Positions 27,525 to 39,770 of a stretch of DNA of 64,000 nucleotides are shown here, one piece after another (position 1 is the first letter of the stretch; every line of letters begins with the position of its first letter). The stretch is taken from assembly GCA_964035545.1 (NCBI GenBank), contig OZ037766.1:25102126-25166125 (forward strand), in the 5' to 3' direction. Source of the stretch: Bugula neritina. Its lineage: Eukaryota > Animalia > Bryozoa. Position numbers and translations under genes: made by a program. A model generated the notes under the pieces. That model was given only the letters and a program-made list of their open reading frames with translations, did no database searches and was not told the DNA's origin.

Positions 27525-28574
27525 ATGTATAAACTTGGTGCAGTGTTATGCCTGGCAACAGTTGCCATGGTTTCAGCCAGTTACCACCCAACACCAGCAC
27601 CAACTAAACCAACATATAAACCAACTACAACTTACAAACCAACAACTACTTATAAACCAGCACCGGGACATGTTGTTAGTGAGTATATTAGAATACAGCT
27701 TACTATATGACAAAACTATTAGTATCATATATGAGTAAATTATTTTTACTCTAAAAACTAACCTTTTCATATTAATGATTTTATGATATTAAAATGCTTA
27801 TATAATCCTAACATATGTTGTCAACCTAAAATATTAGCATTTGCTTCTGAATATCATTTTATATTTGTTGAAGATAGCAAGTAATCTCGTTATAGTGTAG
27901 TGTAAGTAAACATAAGAAATTGCTTTTCTTTTTTTGCCACAATCCTAATTATATCATGCAGCAAACTATAATAATTATATTTCAGTTGATGACTGCACCT
28001 GCTTTGAGAAGGGTAACTACTACTCCCCAGTATCAAGTGATGATTGTAAAAGTTTCACTCAGAGAACTGCTTTCCTCCCAGCTGAAACTCTAAAATGTCC
28101 ATATGGTCTACAGTTTGATGTACAAACCTGTGTCTGTAACTATCCTAAAGATACTGTCTGCCCAAAATACTGCCCTGCACCTTATGTTCCACCTCCTCAC
28201 CATGGGCGTAAGTACATCGAAAATTTAATCCAAATAATTTTTTTTAAAATATTTTAATTGATTTCAATAAGTATATATTGTAGTTGAATGAGTAATTTTC
28301 ATTTTTAATAAACCTCAGAAAATACTTAATTCTTTCAAATAATCATATAATGTAATAAGAAGTTCCAATTATTTATACAATGTTATGTATTTTTACAGAC
28401 AGCTGCTCAGAGAATGGAAACACATACAGACAAGTACCTGGTACACACTGTCAGAAATTTACCCAAGAGACAGCTACACTTCCTCCACAAGCTCACTCCT
28501 GTCCTTATGGACTCAAGTTTGACTTGAAAACTTGTGTCTGCAACTACCCAAAGAACACTGTCTGCTATGTTTAA
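27525..28574 (+). CDS. Gene E: secreted protein with (KPTTTY) repeats and two CBM14-like domains (~183 aa); intron-1 acceptor mutated
   Basis: Exons 27525-27678, 27986-28207 and 28399-28574 give an intact ORF. TATA at 26949, UTR donor at 27039. The CAG acceptor found before the ATG in paralogs reads TGG here. Confidence 0.85.
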
Positions 28575-29595
28575 ATTGATATATTCAAGTACAATAGTTT
28601 CGAAAGATAGTAAATGACATTGTTGTTAAACTTTCCTATGCTAAAAACATTGCCTAAATTCTTGAGCTAAAGTATCACAATGCTTTGTTTCAGCTAATTA
28701 ATGATCAATAATTATTAGTTTAATGAAAACTAATTATTTTGTTTGCTTGTAATAAACAATAAACTTCAACATACGCCTCAATCTTCTTTCTCTGTTTGTC
28801 GCATTATTATAAATATAAATAGTTCTTTTTATACTTTACCAATCTCAGCGAAGCTGAAATATAACTCTTAATTATGCCAAATATGATTATTTGATAAAAT
28901 ATCTATTCAGCAGCTCACAAACACTTTTAATGATCTATAATTTGTTTAGCAAAAACTACCGCAATTATAACAAAATTAAGTTTGTCAGGAATGCAAATGA
29001 TCAAAATAGCGTAAACTGTGCAAGAATAGCTACGATTTATAATTATGATTTATTACATACTATGAAGTTTTGACTTCACATTCTGCCAGTTGAGTAAATT
29101 ACTAGGTCAGAGAGGCTCACGGGCTGTATTTTCTTTTTATTTTTATTATGTATAACAGACCAACTTTTCTTATATAACCAACCAAACAACCATTATTAAA
29201 CCGTTATACCAACCCTTATCAACGGTGAAACCTTGTGGTTGTGTTCCTAGTAAGATACTGACTACTAAATTTCATGTACTTGCTTGTTATAAATAACTAT
29301 AAATAGCTATAATAGCTTACAGTAGCTAACTATACAGCTGAGTCAAGCTAGCTTGGAAATTAAGTTACCAATAACAACTAGTGGTGGGACAGGCAAGAGC
29401 CCCGGCCTAGATGAAGTGTAGTCCCCAAGCCCAGTCTAGTGCAAGATAAACTTTATACATTTATATAATATGCATATATATACACCATTATATATATATA
29501 TATATATAAAATGGTGTATAGTTTACCACTAAAGAGAGCTCAATGCAGTGCAGAGTAAATAAAAGTAATGAACGATAAAATTTGATTTAAAACAC

Positions 29596-29646
29596 TTTAT
29601 TACTACTAGTTTCATGTGCATTGAATGTACACAATCTTCAGATAAA
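29596..29646 (-). ncRNA. Minimal type I hammerhead ribozyme motif (left arm)
   Basis: Exact reverse complement of 29680-29730. Confidence 0.62.
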
Positions 29647-29679
29647 ATTTTAAGATGTAACATCTTAACATCTTAACAT

Positions 29680-29730
29680 TTTATCTGAAGATTGTGTACA
29701 TTCAATGCACATGAAACTAGTAGTAATAAA
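29680..29730 (+). ncRNA. Minimal type I hammerhead ribozyme motif (right arm)
   Basis: TTTAT-CTGAAGA-T-TGTGTA-CATTCAA-TGCACA-T-GAAAC-TAGTA-GTA-ATAAA. Stem I TTTAT/ATAAA, core CUGANGA and GAAA, stem II, 2-bp stem III, GUA cleavage triplet at 29723-29725. Confidence 0.62.
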
Positions 29731-30582
29731 GTGTTTTAAATCAAATTTTATCGTTCATTACTTATATATATATATATATATATAACATATTTCTAAATTG
29801 ATAAAAGGATCATTTGGTAAAGAGTATATAGGCTAACCTAGTAAAGTATAACTTTTTCTAAAATGCAGCATTAAATATAATTAGTTTTATTTCACTTCAT
29901 GGTTATTATAGTATTTTTTCCAGCAGAACAACTCTTCAGAACAGCATGTAATGATGTAATGCTGGACATTCCATGCATTTCAATAAGTGTCTTGCTATAT
30001 TTTTCTTTTAGGTATAACAAAAGCTAAATAAAATATCAAAAGCTTAAAGAGCACATAGTGTGCACCTTATAGCACTATTCGAATGATTGCAGGTATAAAG
30101 TAGGCTTTTATACAATACAAAACATTCTTTATAGCTAAACGTTACCAGGGCAACACAAAGGGCACAATACAGTACGGAATATCTAATAAAACTTCAGGAT
30201 ACTTCAGTATTAGCTGCACCTTACCATATGGCATGAGTAATAAAAACACATGTTGAAACATTACTAAATGAATACATTATCAACACAGGCGCAAATAGGA
30301 ACAAAAACAACTGCAATCCAACTAATGTCAATTACGTTGTCGTCAAAAAGCTCACCATTGTTCTAGTTAATCAAGGAAGCATTTTTAATTTAGCCAATGA
30401 GGGAATCAATTAGTAAAGTGCATTGTCATGATAACGCAGTTAATACATCACAATTGAGTGCCAAGATAAAGTGGTGTGATTTACAATAAACTGTTCCAAA
30501 TAATTTCCAATGTTATTGATTCAGATTGTGATTTGGGAGCACTGTGTAAAAATATGTTTCTAAGCTGCTATACGCTTATTAG

Positions 30583-30793
<211 letters not shown>

Positions 30794-32248
30794 CTAAAAC
30801 CTACAAACTATTTCAAAATTTATGGTTTTATCGTGTAATAAATTATCAATTGTAGCTATAGGTGTTGAAGGTTTTATATAATGCATATATTTAATATGGC
30901 TAATGTGTTACAGTGTTTGAATTTTTAAGTTGCATATGGAGTATAGCAAATTACACAAATTGCCTTTTTTATCAAGTATTGTTCTATACTGTGCTGCCTC
31001 TAGAATATACTCTGCCAACTTTTAGTTTTAGAGTTCTCTTTGTAGTACATATGCAAACTTTTTATACGATGTCCACCAATTCAAATATAACAATTTCTTT
31101 CTTACATATAATTTGAGAAGCATGAAATCCTTTTACTTCCCTCCAAGTACGCTACACTTTGGTTTACCAATTTATTCATCAATCTCAATTAGTCTACTAG
31201 GTGAATCCAGCTGCCGCTGGCCAGCTCAACTGCCCGGCATGAACTGCATACTTAACTAATAATAGCTAACAGTTTCTAATAGCCATTTGAAATGCTGGTT
31301 TTTTTTCCATTCATCAAGGCGGAGGTAGCCCAGGCATGCTCAAATCATATTTATAATAGCTACTGTAATCTAAACTCCAATCGTTATTTAAATCAAAATT
31401 CTTTGTATGAAGAGCATTTTTAAGTTTCCCAAAATAATATTATGGTTGTAATTATTGTGTTTTAATATATAGATGTATATTTATTATCGCAGACTGGAAG
31501 AAAAGAGAATGAATAACAGAAAGTGCTGAACTTATAAAATTAATAGTCTAAAACGATAGCCACTTTGCGGTATAGCCAAAATTGCTGTATATCAACCAAT
31601 CACAGCAGAGACAAACATGATGTACCCTAAATTAGCAATGAGAATGCAATGAAAGCTATAATGATTCAACAAAAACTTTCCAAACTCATGTAATGTCCCA
31701 ACAGTAATAATAGCTTGTCTATTATAATCATTGTTATTGAAAACCAAACTAACCAGTACGCTAACTCATCTATATACAGATATTTATAAATGGACAAAAT
31801 GCAGGATGTAGCTTTCCACATTAATATATGGTTAAAACATATTTCTATTAAAAATTCACTATTGCCCAATAATTGGGCTACAATCAGGAAATGTGCTAAC
31901 AAAGTTTTGGCGTAATGGAAAAATACGTGAGCTTACAAAGTTATTTTGTAACATTAAATTGTGAATAATTAAGTATGTGTCAAAGACTATCATATTTATG
32001 CTTGTATTATATGTTTTATAAAATAATTACACTCAATACTGAGTAATAAATTAAACAGCTATTTTAAGGAAATAACTGTATTTTATTACTGAGGACTATC
32101 ACAATGATTCAATATATGTCTATGTCGTCAAGTGATATTGCAATTTATGCAACCATTTTGACTAACTTCTAGCCAATAATATTGCATTGTGTTTTATTAC
32201 TATTCTGTTTCCTCCAAAGTTATTCAACTTTGCAAATCTGCTAGATAA

Positions 32249-32350
32249 TATAAAAGAAGACAGAAAGCTGTTTAGTATCATTCACTTGCCTGAAGTTTTA
32301 CAAAGACAACTTATCTGTTTCTAAAAGAAGGAATTCTCAACGGAATTAAG
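32249..32350 (+). promoter_or_regulatory. TATA box and non-coding first exon of gene F (paralogs at 38062-38163 for G and 43713-43814 for H)
   Basis: TATAAAA followed ~100 bp later by an AAG|GTGAGT donor. Conserved in F, G and H, with similar spacing in A-E. Confidence 0.65.
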
Positions 32351-32897
32351 GTGAGTGAAGAACCAATATGGTATGTAGTAAAAAATACATACAAACATTG
32401 ACCATGCATACTACATATTGTCTACAACTTGTGTTAACTAAATAATTCTATTAAAAAAGCTCAGTAATACAGAGGGTTACAAAGGTATTTTTTAAATTTT
32501 AGAGAGATAGTCAAAATGCTACTAAATCAATTAGTTTAGACTAAAATAATCTTCTGCAAGTTTTGAGGTTATATAGGTTAGTTTCATGTGCTATAAAACA
32601 AAAGCAAGCACATATTCTTATAGATTATTGAATATCAAAATTATTATTGTCAAGAAAAACTTTATTGCGTGATAAAAGATGTATGGTATAGATAGCATGG
32701 GTGTGGTTGTTTATCTGAACCTTAAGTGGTTTAACATACCAAGCATTTTTATAAACATGGTGTAGTTTCCCCTTCCTAAAAATAGTTTATAGTAAGCAAA
32801 TTTGGCTAAAAATTACAAGTTACTGCATCTATTGAGAGCAACACAATTTTCTCAGGAGCAAATTAATTTAAAGAAAACAACAGTAGTAATAATATGT

Positions 32898-33318
32898 GGG
32901 TCATTTTACTTAATTTAGTACACACCGGAAGTTTCCAGTTTTTAGCTATTTTTCACAATTTAGCTGCTAATGAACATGGGTTTTTGCCCAAAACTAGTTA
33001 AATGTCAATCAACACACATAAATAATCGAGGTTCTTTTTAATTTTGATCGGTTTTCCATGTTTTTTCCTAATTATTTAGCTACTTTTGATTGCAGACCGT
33101 TATGGTTTTTTCGTAACGGTCTGCAATCAAAAGTAGCTGAATAAATAGGAAAAAACATGGAAAATTAATCAAAATTAGGAAGAACCTTGATTATTTAGAT
33201 GTATTTATTGAAATTTTACTAGTTTTGAGCAAAAACCCTTGTTCATTGGCAGCTGAATTGTGAAAAATAGCTAAAAACTGGAAATTTCCAGTGTGTACTA
33301 AATTAAGTAAAATGACCC
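32898..33318. mobile_element. Foldback MITE inserted in intron 1 of gene F
   Basis: 421-bp element that is self-complementary along its whole length, GGGTCATTTTACT...AGTAAAATGACCC, with a 4-bp TSD ATGT. Absent at the equivalent site in genes G and H. Confidence 0.9.
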
Positions 33319-33336
33319 ATGTGTTTTATTTTCAGG

Positions 33337-34342
33337 ATGTATAAGCTGAGCTCAGTAATATGCCTGGTGACCGTAGCCGTGGTTTCAGCTACTTACGTTC
33401 CCACACCAGCACCAGCACCATATAAACCACCTGTAGGACATGTCATTAGTGAGTAGATACTAGCTACATGTTCATACTGCTCACATAAGTTCTCAGCATA
33501 ACTAAGGATGAATGTATTTGTTTCTGAAAGCTCTAAATCAGAGCAACAATAATGCATCTGAATAACTCATATTGCAAAGTATTTTCAATTGTTTATGTTT
33601 TGACAGATAGCTAATATTTGCATAAACTATTGAAATTACAGACTAAGTACTTTTAAAAAATTATTCATGCATATATTATATAATATTTTAGTTGACGACT
33701 GCACCTGCTTTGAGAAGGGCAACTACTACTCCCCAGTATCAAGTGATGATTGTAAAAGTTTCACTCAGAGAACTGCTTTCCTCCCAGCTGAAACTCTAAA
33801 ATGTCCATATGGTCTACAGTTTGATGTAAAAACTTGTGTCTGTAATTATCCTACAGATACTGTCTGCCCACATTACTGCCCTGCACCTTATACCCCAACC
33901 CCTAACCCTGGACGTAAGTATATTGAAATTTGTAATCCAACAATAATTACTGTCCTAAATCTGAAGTTAATAAAACTATATGCTATAGCAATTATTACAT
34001 AAGAATATTTTAGTAAAAATATAATACTTTAATGCTGAATAGCTAAAAGTTTGAAATTAGTAAATAATATTTTATATTTAGCTAAGTTTATACGTAGTAC
34101 TTTTAAATTTATTAGTTCATTCTACAAAGAGTTCTCAGTATTACAAAATATCCTGTATATTTACAGCAAGCTGCTCAGAAAATGGAAACACATACAGACA
34201 AGTACCTGGTACACACTGTCAGAAATTTACTCAAGAGACAGCTACACTTCCTCCACAAGTTCACTCCTGTCCTTATGGACTCAAGTTTGACTTGAAAACT
34301 TGTGTCTGTAACTACCCCAAGGACACTGTCTGCTATGTTTAA
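33337..34342 (+). CDS. Gene F: secreted protein with short Pro-rich arm and two CBM14-like domains (~169 aa)
   Basis: Exons 33337-33448, 33692-33913 and 34167-34342, phase-1 GT-AG. N-terminus MYKLSSVICLVTVAVVSA-TYVPTPAPAPYKPPVGHVI. Confidence 0.92.
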
Positions 34343-36110
34343 ATTGATATATTCAAGTACAACATTTTCAAAAGATGGTAAATGACATTGATATTAAACT
34401 TTTCTATGCCAAAGCAATTGCCTAAATTATTGAGTTAAATTATCGCAATATTTTGTTTCAGCTAAATGATAATCATTAATTTTTATTTCATTGAAAAATA
34501 ATCATTTTAATTTTCTTGTGACAAACAATAAACTTTGACATACCCCATAATCTTTTATATCTATTTGTTGCATTAATTAATAAGATGAGTATGTCTTTTT
34601 TACTGTACCATTTTTAGCGGAACTGGAATAACTGTTAATTATGCTAAATATGATTATTTGGTAAAATATTTTTACGCACATATTATATCAAGTTCAGCAG
34701 CTTACTAAAAATTTTACTGATTGATAATGCATTTAGCAAGAAATGACAAAAAATAGTTTATCAAAGTTGCAAATGATCAAAACAGCCTCAATCGCTCAAA
34801 GACAGCTACATTGCTATTATTATGTACGGGCATGTGCATATCTCATTTTATGTCTTGCTGTAAGTTTGACTTCTAAATATGTTAAGATCAGTATAATTAA
34901 TTAATTAATTTGTATTAGAAAATTGTACAAGTTATGTGCACATACACTACTCTACAATCTTATCAAAATATTATGTCGCAAAAGCAGCAATGGATGCAGA
35001 GCGTGAAATTGGTAGATTTTTAAATTAATATTATAGATTTATTGCAACAAAATAGTAGTACACTAAAAACTTTGACAACGAAACTACAAATCTCAAGTGA
35101 ATTATTTTTGACAACACCATTTTACTTAATCTGCTTAAGTTTATAACTGCATGATTTTTTTTCTTTTATATATTACCGAGAATAAATGGTGTTAATAAAT
35201 GATAGTAATAGTGATCATCTAATATACCTCAATTTGTCATGGATAAATAAAAATTTATAGTTGAAGTTAAAACTTCATTGAAAAGATAATATTTGGTTAT
35301 TTCCATTTATTTGATTATATCATTTAGATGATTATAACACAAAATTTGAATTTGAATTTGTTTCATATACTAGCTAGTAGGTATATTAAAAACAAAAACC
35401 AGAAACTTTTTCTTGTTACTTCATGTATGAGAAAGCGAAGCAGCCTGCTCTGTCTTTATTTAAATAAATTGATAATGAAATGTTTCTCACATATAATATT
35501 ATATTTATCTAGTGAAGCTCAATTGTTTATTGCTTTTGGCATATTCTAAGTAAAAAGTTGCACTATTCAAGTGAAATACTGAATATTTTGGGCTTTTTTC
35601 TTTTATACATAATTAACAAATAGTTTATAGCTTTTGAAGTTTATCTTGGTAAATTGATACAAAAACTAAAACTCGAGATTATAAATAATTTAGCAATTAT
35701 TTATAATTGAAATGCATATTTTTTATTTGCAAAGCATTCAATTTCACCAACCGCCAATTCTATTTGCAGAGCTGCATGTGGGTTTCTTAAAAAGGAAATA
35801 CCTTCCGCTATTTTCTTTTCATATGTGATGTATGGAAATTTGTTTGGGGATATACCATTGTTGAATGTAAGGTTCTTTCTCAAGTTGCTTAGTAATGTTT
35901 TTATCTTTTTAAGTCAAAGCAGTGGAACATATTATATTGATCTAATTTAACAAATAAAAATCGTTTTAGGTTTTATTTTTTGGCCTAACTTTCGTGTGAA
36001 TAAAACATAAAAACTTTGCTAGAATATATTATGTTTACAAGAAGATAAATGGCTACTTTCACTTAATTAATATATTTTCTAATTAACCTTCAGCTAACAA
36101 GAATATATTG

Positions 36111-36313
36111 GCTGAGCAGCCGTGGTCTAGGGGTTAAAGTGCTGGCTTAGTAAACACGGAGTCATGGATTTGAACCTCAGTAAACGCCATTGTTGATGCT
36201 AGCAAAAGCATTCAATCATAATAGCTCTAGTCTCACATATGAATAAATCATTAGCCCTTGTAAAAAAAAACGTTTCCATTATGGATAATGACTATAAACT
36301 TGAGTGAATTTTT
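36111..36313 (+). mobile_element. tRNA-derived SINE, diverged full-length copy
   Basis: Head GCAGCCGTGGTCTAGGGGTTA...GGATTTGAACC. Flanking direct repeat TAACAAGAATATATTG / TAACAAGAATGTGATG. A 3' fragment is re-duplicated near 42320-42440. Confidence 0.75.
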
Positions 36314-38759
36314 TAACAAGAATGTGATGTAAATGCTCATTAACAGAAAAATAAGTCAGGTGTGATTTACATTCTTCTATAACATACCTATCATTCATGC
36401 TACATTTTATCATATAATACGTTTATATGAACATTAATGCATATTTCTAATAATAAAAGTACCATTCGGCAAAGATGATAACCCAGTAAAGTGAAAGTTT
36501 GTCTGATATACAGCCTTATGTCAAATTTTATTTCACTAGATGGTTATTTGAAATTTTATCAACAGAACAAGTGCCTATTTAGAAAAGTTCTCAATAATGT
36601 AATGCCAGATTACATAATTTAAAAGCCTTAATGCTTTTAAACCTTTCAGGCATCTTAATAACTGTCTTACTCTACTTTCTTGTTTTAGGTATGACAATAA
36701 TTAAATAAAATAACAAAAGCTGATTAAGCATTTATACGCACCTGTCATTACTCAAATAATTATGCATAAAGTAGCTTTTTATACATAATACATAGTATTA
36801 CTAATTTATATGGCTAAACAAAACCAGGAAAATCCAAAGGACACAATGCAATGTAAGATATCTGATAAAACACCAGAAGACTCTAATAACTGCACCTGCA
36901 TGAGTAATAAAAACACATGTTGAAATATTACTAAATGAATATATTATCAACACTGGCGCAAATAGGAACAACAACAACTGCAATCAAACTAATGTCAACT
37001 ACATTGTCGTCAAAATGCTCACCATTGTTTTAGTTGATCAAGGAAGTATTTTTAGTTTGGCCAATGGTGGAATCAAGTAAAGTGTATTGTCATGATAACG
37101 CAATGAATATATCACAATAGATTGCCAAAATACAGTGGCGTGATTTACATGCAGTAAAAGTTCTTAAAAAATTTCAAATCACCTTCAAAGTTGCTGATTT
37201 AAATTACTGTTCTGAAGTACTGTGCAAAAATAGGTTTGTAAGCTTCTAGACTTAAGGTGTTAGTGTACAGGCAGTTTAAACCAATCATCGCATTAGCTGC
37301 ATACATTAATAAAGCTGCATACATATAAAACGTTTACCACAAATAGTTACAATTGATAACTTGATAAGTGATCAAACTATTTCTAACCAGGCTACTTCTT
37401 CTTTTCATTTAATAAATTATCAATTGTAACTATGGGTGGTAAAGATTTTATATAATCAGGCATACGTGTAACATGCACGATTAATGTACGTATTGTTTTA
37501 CTCTCTGTAAATCTTGATAAGTTGGAGGGCATTTTTAGCTCTTTCCAAAAGGATGCTTGTAATAATAGCCTGTCTATTATAATTATTGTCATTGAATACC
37601 AAACTAACCAGTATGCTAACTCATCTATATGAAGTTATATGTAAGTATAGACAAAACACAAGTTACAGCTTCCCGCATTAATTATAATTACACAATATTT
37701 CTATTAAACTTTACCATTGCCCAATAAAAGCTAAAATCAGAAAATGCGCTAACAAAAGTTTGGCATAATAGAGAAATGCGTGAGCAGTACCAAGTTATTT
37801 TGTAACAACATTAAATTGTAAATGATTAAGTATGCAATACTGAGTAATAAATTAAACAGCTAATTTCAAGAAATAACTGTATTTTATTACTGAAGACTAT
37901 CATTATAATGATTCAAAATATGTCTATGTTGTCAAGCGGCATTGCAATGTTGACGTGTATGAAACAATTTTTGACTAACCTTTAGCCAATAATATAGCAT
38001 TGTGCTTTATTTTTATTCTGTTTCCTTGAAAACTATTCAACTTTGCAATTCTGCTAGATAATATAAAAAGAGACAGAAAGCTGTTTAGTATCATTCACTT
38101 GCCTGAAGTTCTCTAAAGACAATTTATCTGTTTCTCAAAGAAGGAATTTTCAATAATATTAAGGTGAGTAAAAAAGCTACCATAGCATGTAGTAAAACTA
38201 CGTACACATGTTGAGTAGATGCATACTGAAAATTGTTTAAAATTTGAATAATTGAATAATTTTAGTAACAAAGGCTCAATAATACAGAGGGTGAAGAAAA
38301 TAAATCTTTTTAAATTTTAGAGATTGAAATAGTCAATATACTAGAATAAAATAAATTAGTTTACACAAAAAATAATCTTGCCAAGAGTTCCATTATCTTT
38401 AGGTTAGTTTCATGTGCTATGACACAAAAGCAAGCACATATTCTTATAAGTAATTGAATGTGGAACTTATTATTGTAGAGAAAAACTTTGTTGGGTCATA
38501 AAATGCGATTGGTATAGATAGCAGAGCTAGGATTCTTTAGCTGAACCTTAAGTGGTTTAACATACTAAGTATTTTGATGAGCCTGGTTTTATTTTTCTCT
38601 GGAAAACAATTAATAGTAAGCAAACTCTTGCTAAAAGTTTACACCTTCTGTAATATATTACTGTATTTATGAGAATATTCAGAGCAACACAATTTTCTCA
38701 AAGGCAATTAAACTAGAAGAAAACAATGGTAGTAAGGATATACTTTTTCTATTTTCAGG

Positions 38760-39770
38760 ATGTATAAACTGAGTGCAGTAGCGTGCCTGGTGACCGTAGC
38801 AATGGTTTCAGCTACTTACGTTCCCACACCAGCACCAACACCATATAAACCGCCTGTAGGACATGTCGTTAGTGAGTAGATACTAGCTACATGTTCATAC
38901 TGCTCACATTAGTTCTCAGCATAACTAAGGATGAATGTATTTGCTTCTCAAAGCTCTAAATCACAGCAACATAAATGCCTCTGATTAACTTATAATGCAA
39001 AGTCTTTTTAATTGTTTATGTTTTGACAGATAGCTAATATTTGCATAAACTATTGGAATTTCAGTCTAAGTACTTTTAAAAAATTATTCATGCATATATT
39101 ATATAATATTTCAGTTGATGACTGCACCTGCTTTGAGAAGGGTAACTACTACTCCCCAGTATCAAGTGATGATTGTAGAAGTTTCACTCAGAGAACTGCT
39201 TTCCTCCCAGCTGAAACTCTAAAATGTCCATATGGTCTACAGTTTGATGTACAAACCTGTGTCTGTAACTATCCTAAAGATACTGTCTGCCCAAAATACT
39301 GCCCTGCACCTTATACCCCAACCCCTAACCCTGGACGTAAGTATATTGAACTTTAAAACAGAACAATAACTACTGTCCTAAATCTGAAGTTAATAATAAA
39401 AATATATGCTATATAGCAACTATTACATAAAAATATTTTAGTAAAAATATAATACTTTAATGCTGAATAGCTAAAAGTTGGAAATTAGTGAATAGTATTT
39501 TATATTTAGCTAAGTTTATACGTAGTACTTTTAAATTTATTAGTACATTATACAAAGAATTCTCAGTATTACAAAATATCCTGCATATTTACAGACAGCT
39601 GCTCAGAGAATGGAAACACATACAGACAAGTACCTGGTACACACTGTCAGAAATTTACCCAAGAGACAGCTACTCTTCCTCCACAAGCTCACTCCTGTCC
39701 TTATGGACTCAAGTTTGACTTGAAAACTTGTGTCTGCAACTACCCAAAGAACACTGTCTGCTATGTTTAA
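38760..39770 (+). CDS. Gene G: paralog of F (~169 aa)
   Basis: Exons 38760-38871, 39115-39336 and 39595-39770; intact ORF and splice sites. Confidence 0.92.

Larger units (their letters stand above)
29563..29763. repeat. Perfect 86-bp inverted repeat near (TA)n tracts; probable Penelope-like element terminus remnant
   Basis: Arms 29563-29648 and 29678-29763 are exact reverse complements around a 29-bp spacer. Confidence 0.9.

Noticed and set aside
29220-29455. Possible second SINE type (GTTGTGTTCCTAGTAAGATACT core)
   Set aside because: Single degenerate copy with no head or TSD identifiable by eye.
35701-35883. Repeated minus-strand short ORFs (also 41127-41309, 37392-37592, 42994-43188)
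   Set aside because: Similarity is explained by recent segmental duplication; no recognisable domain or splice context.
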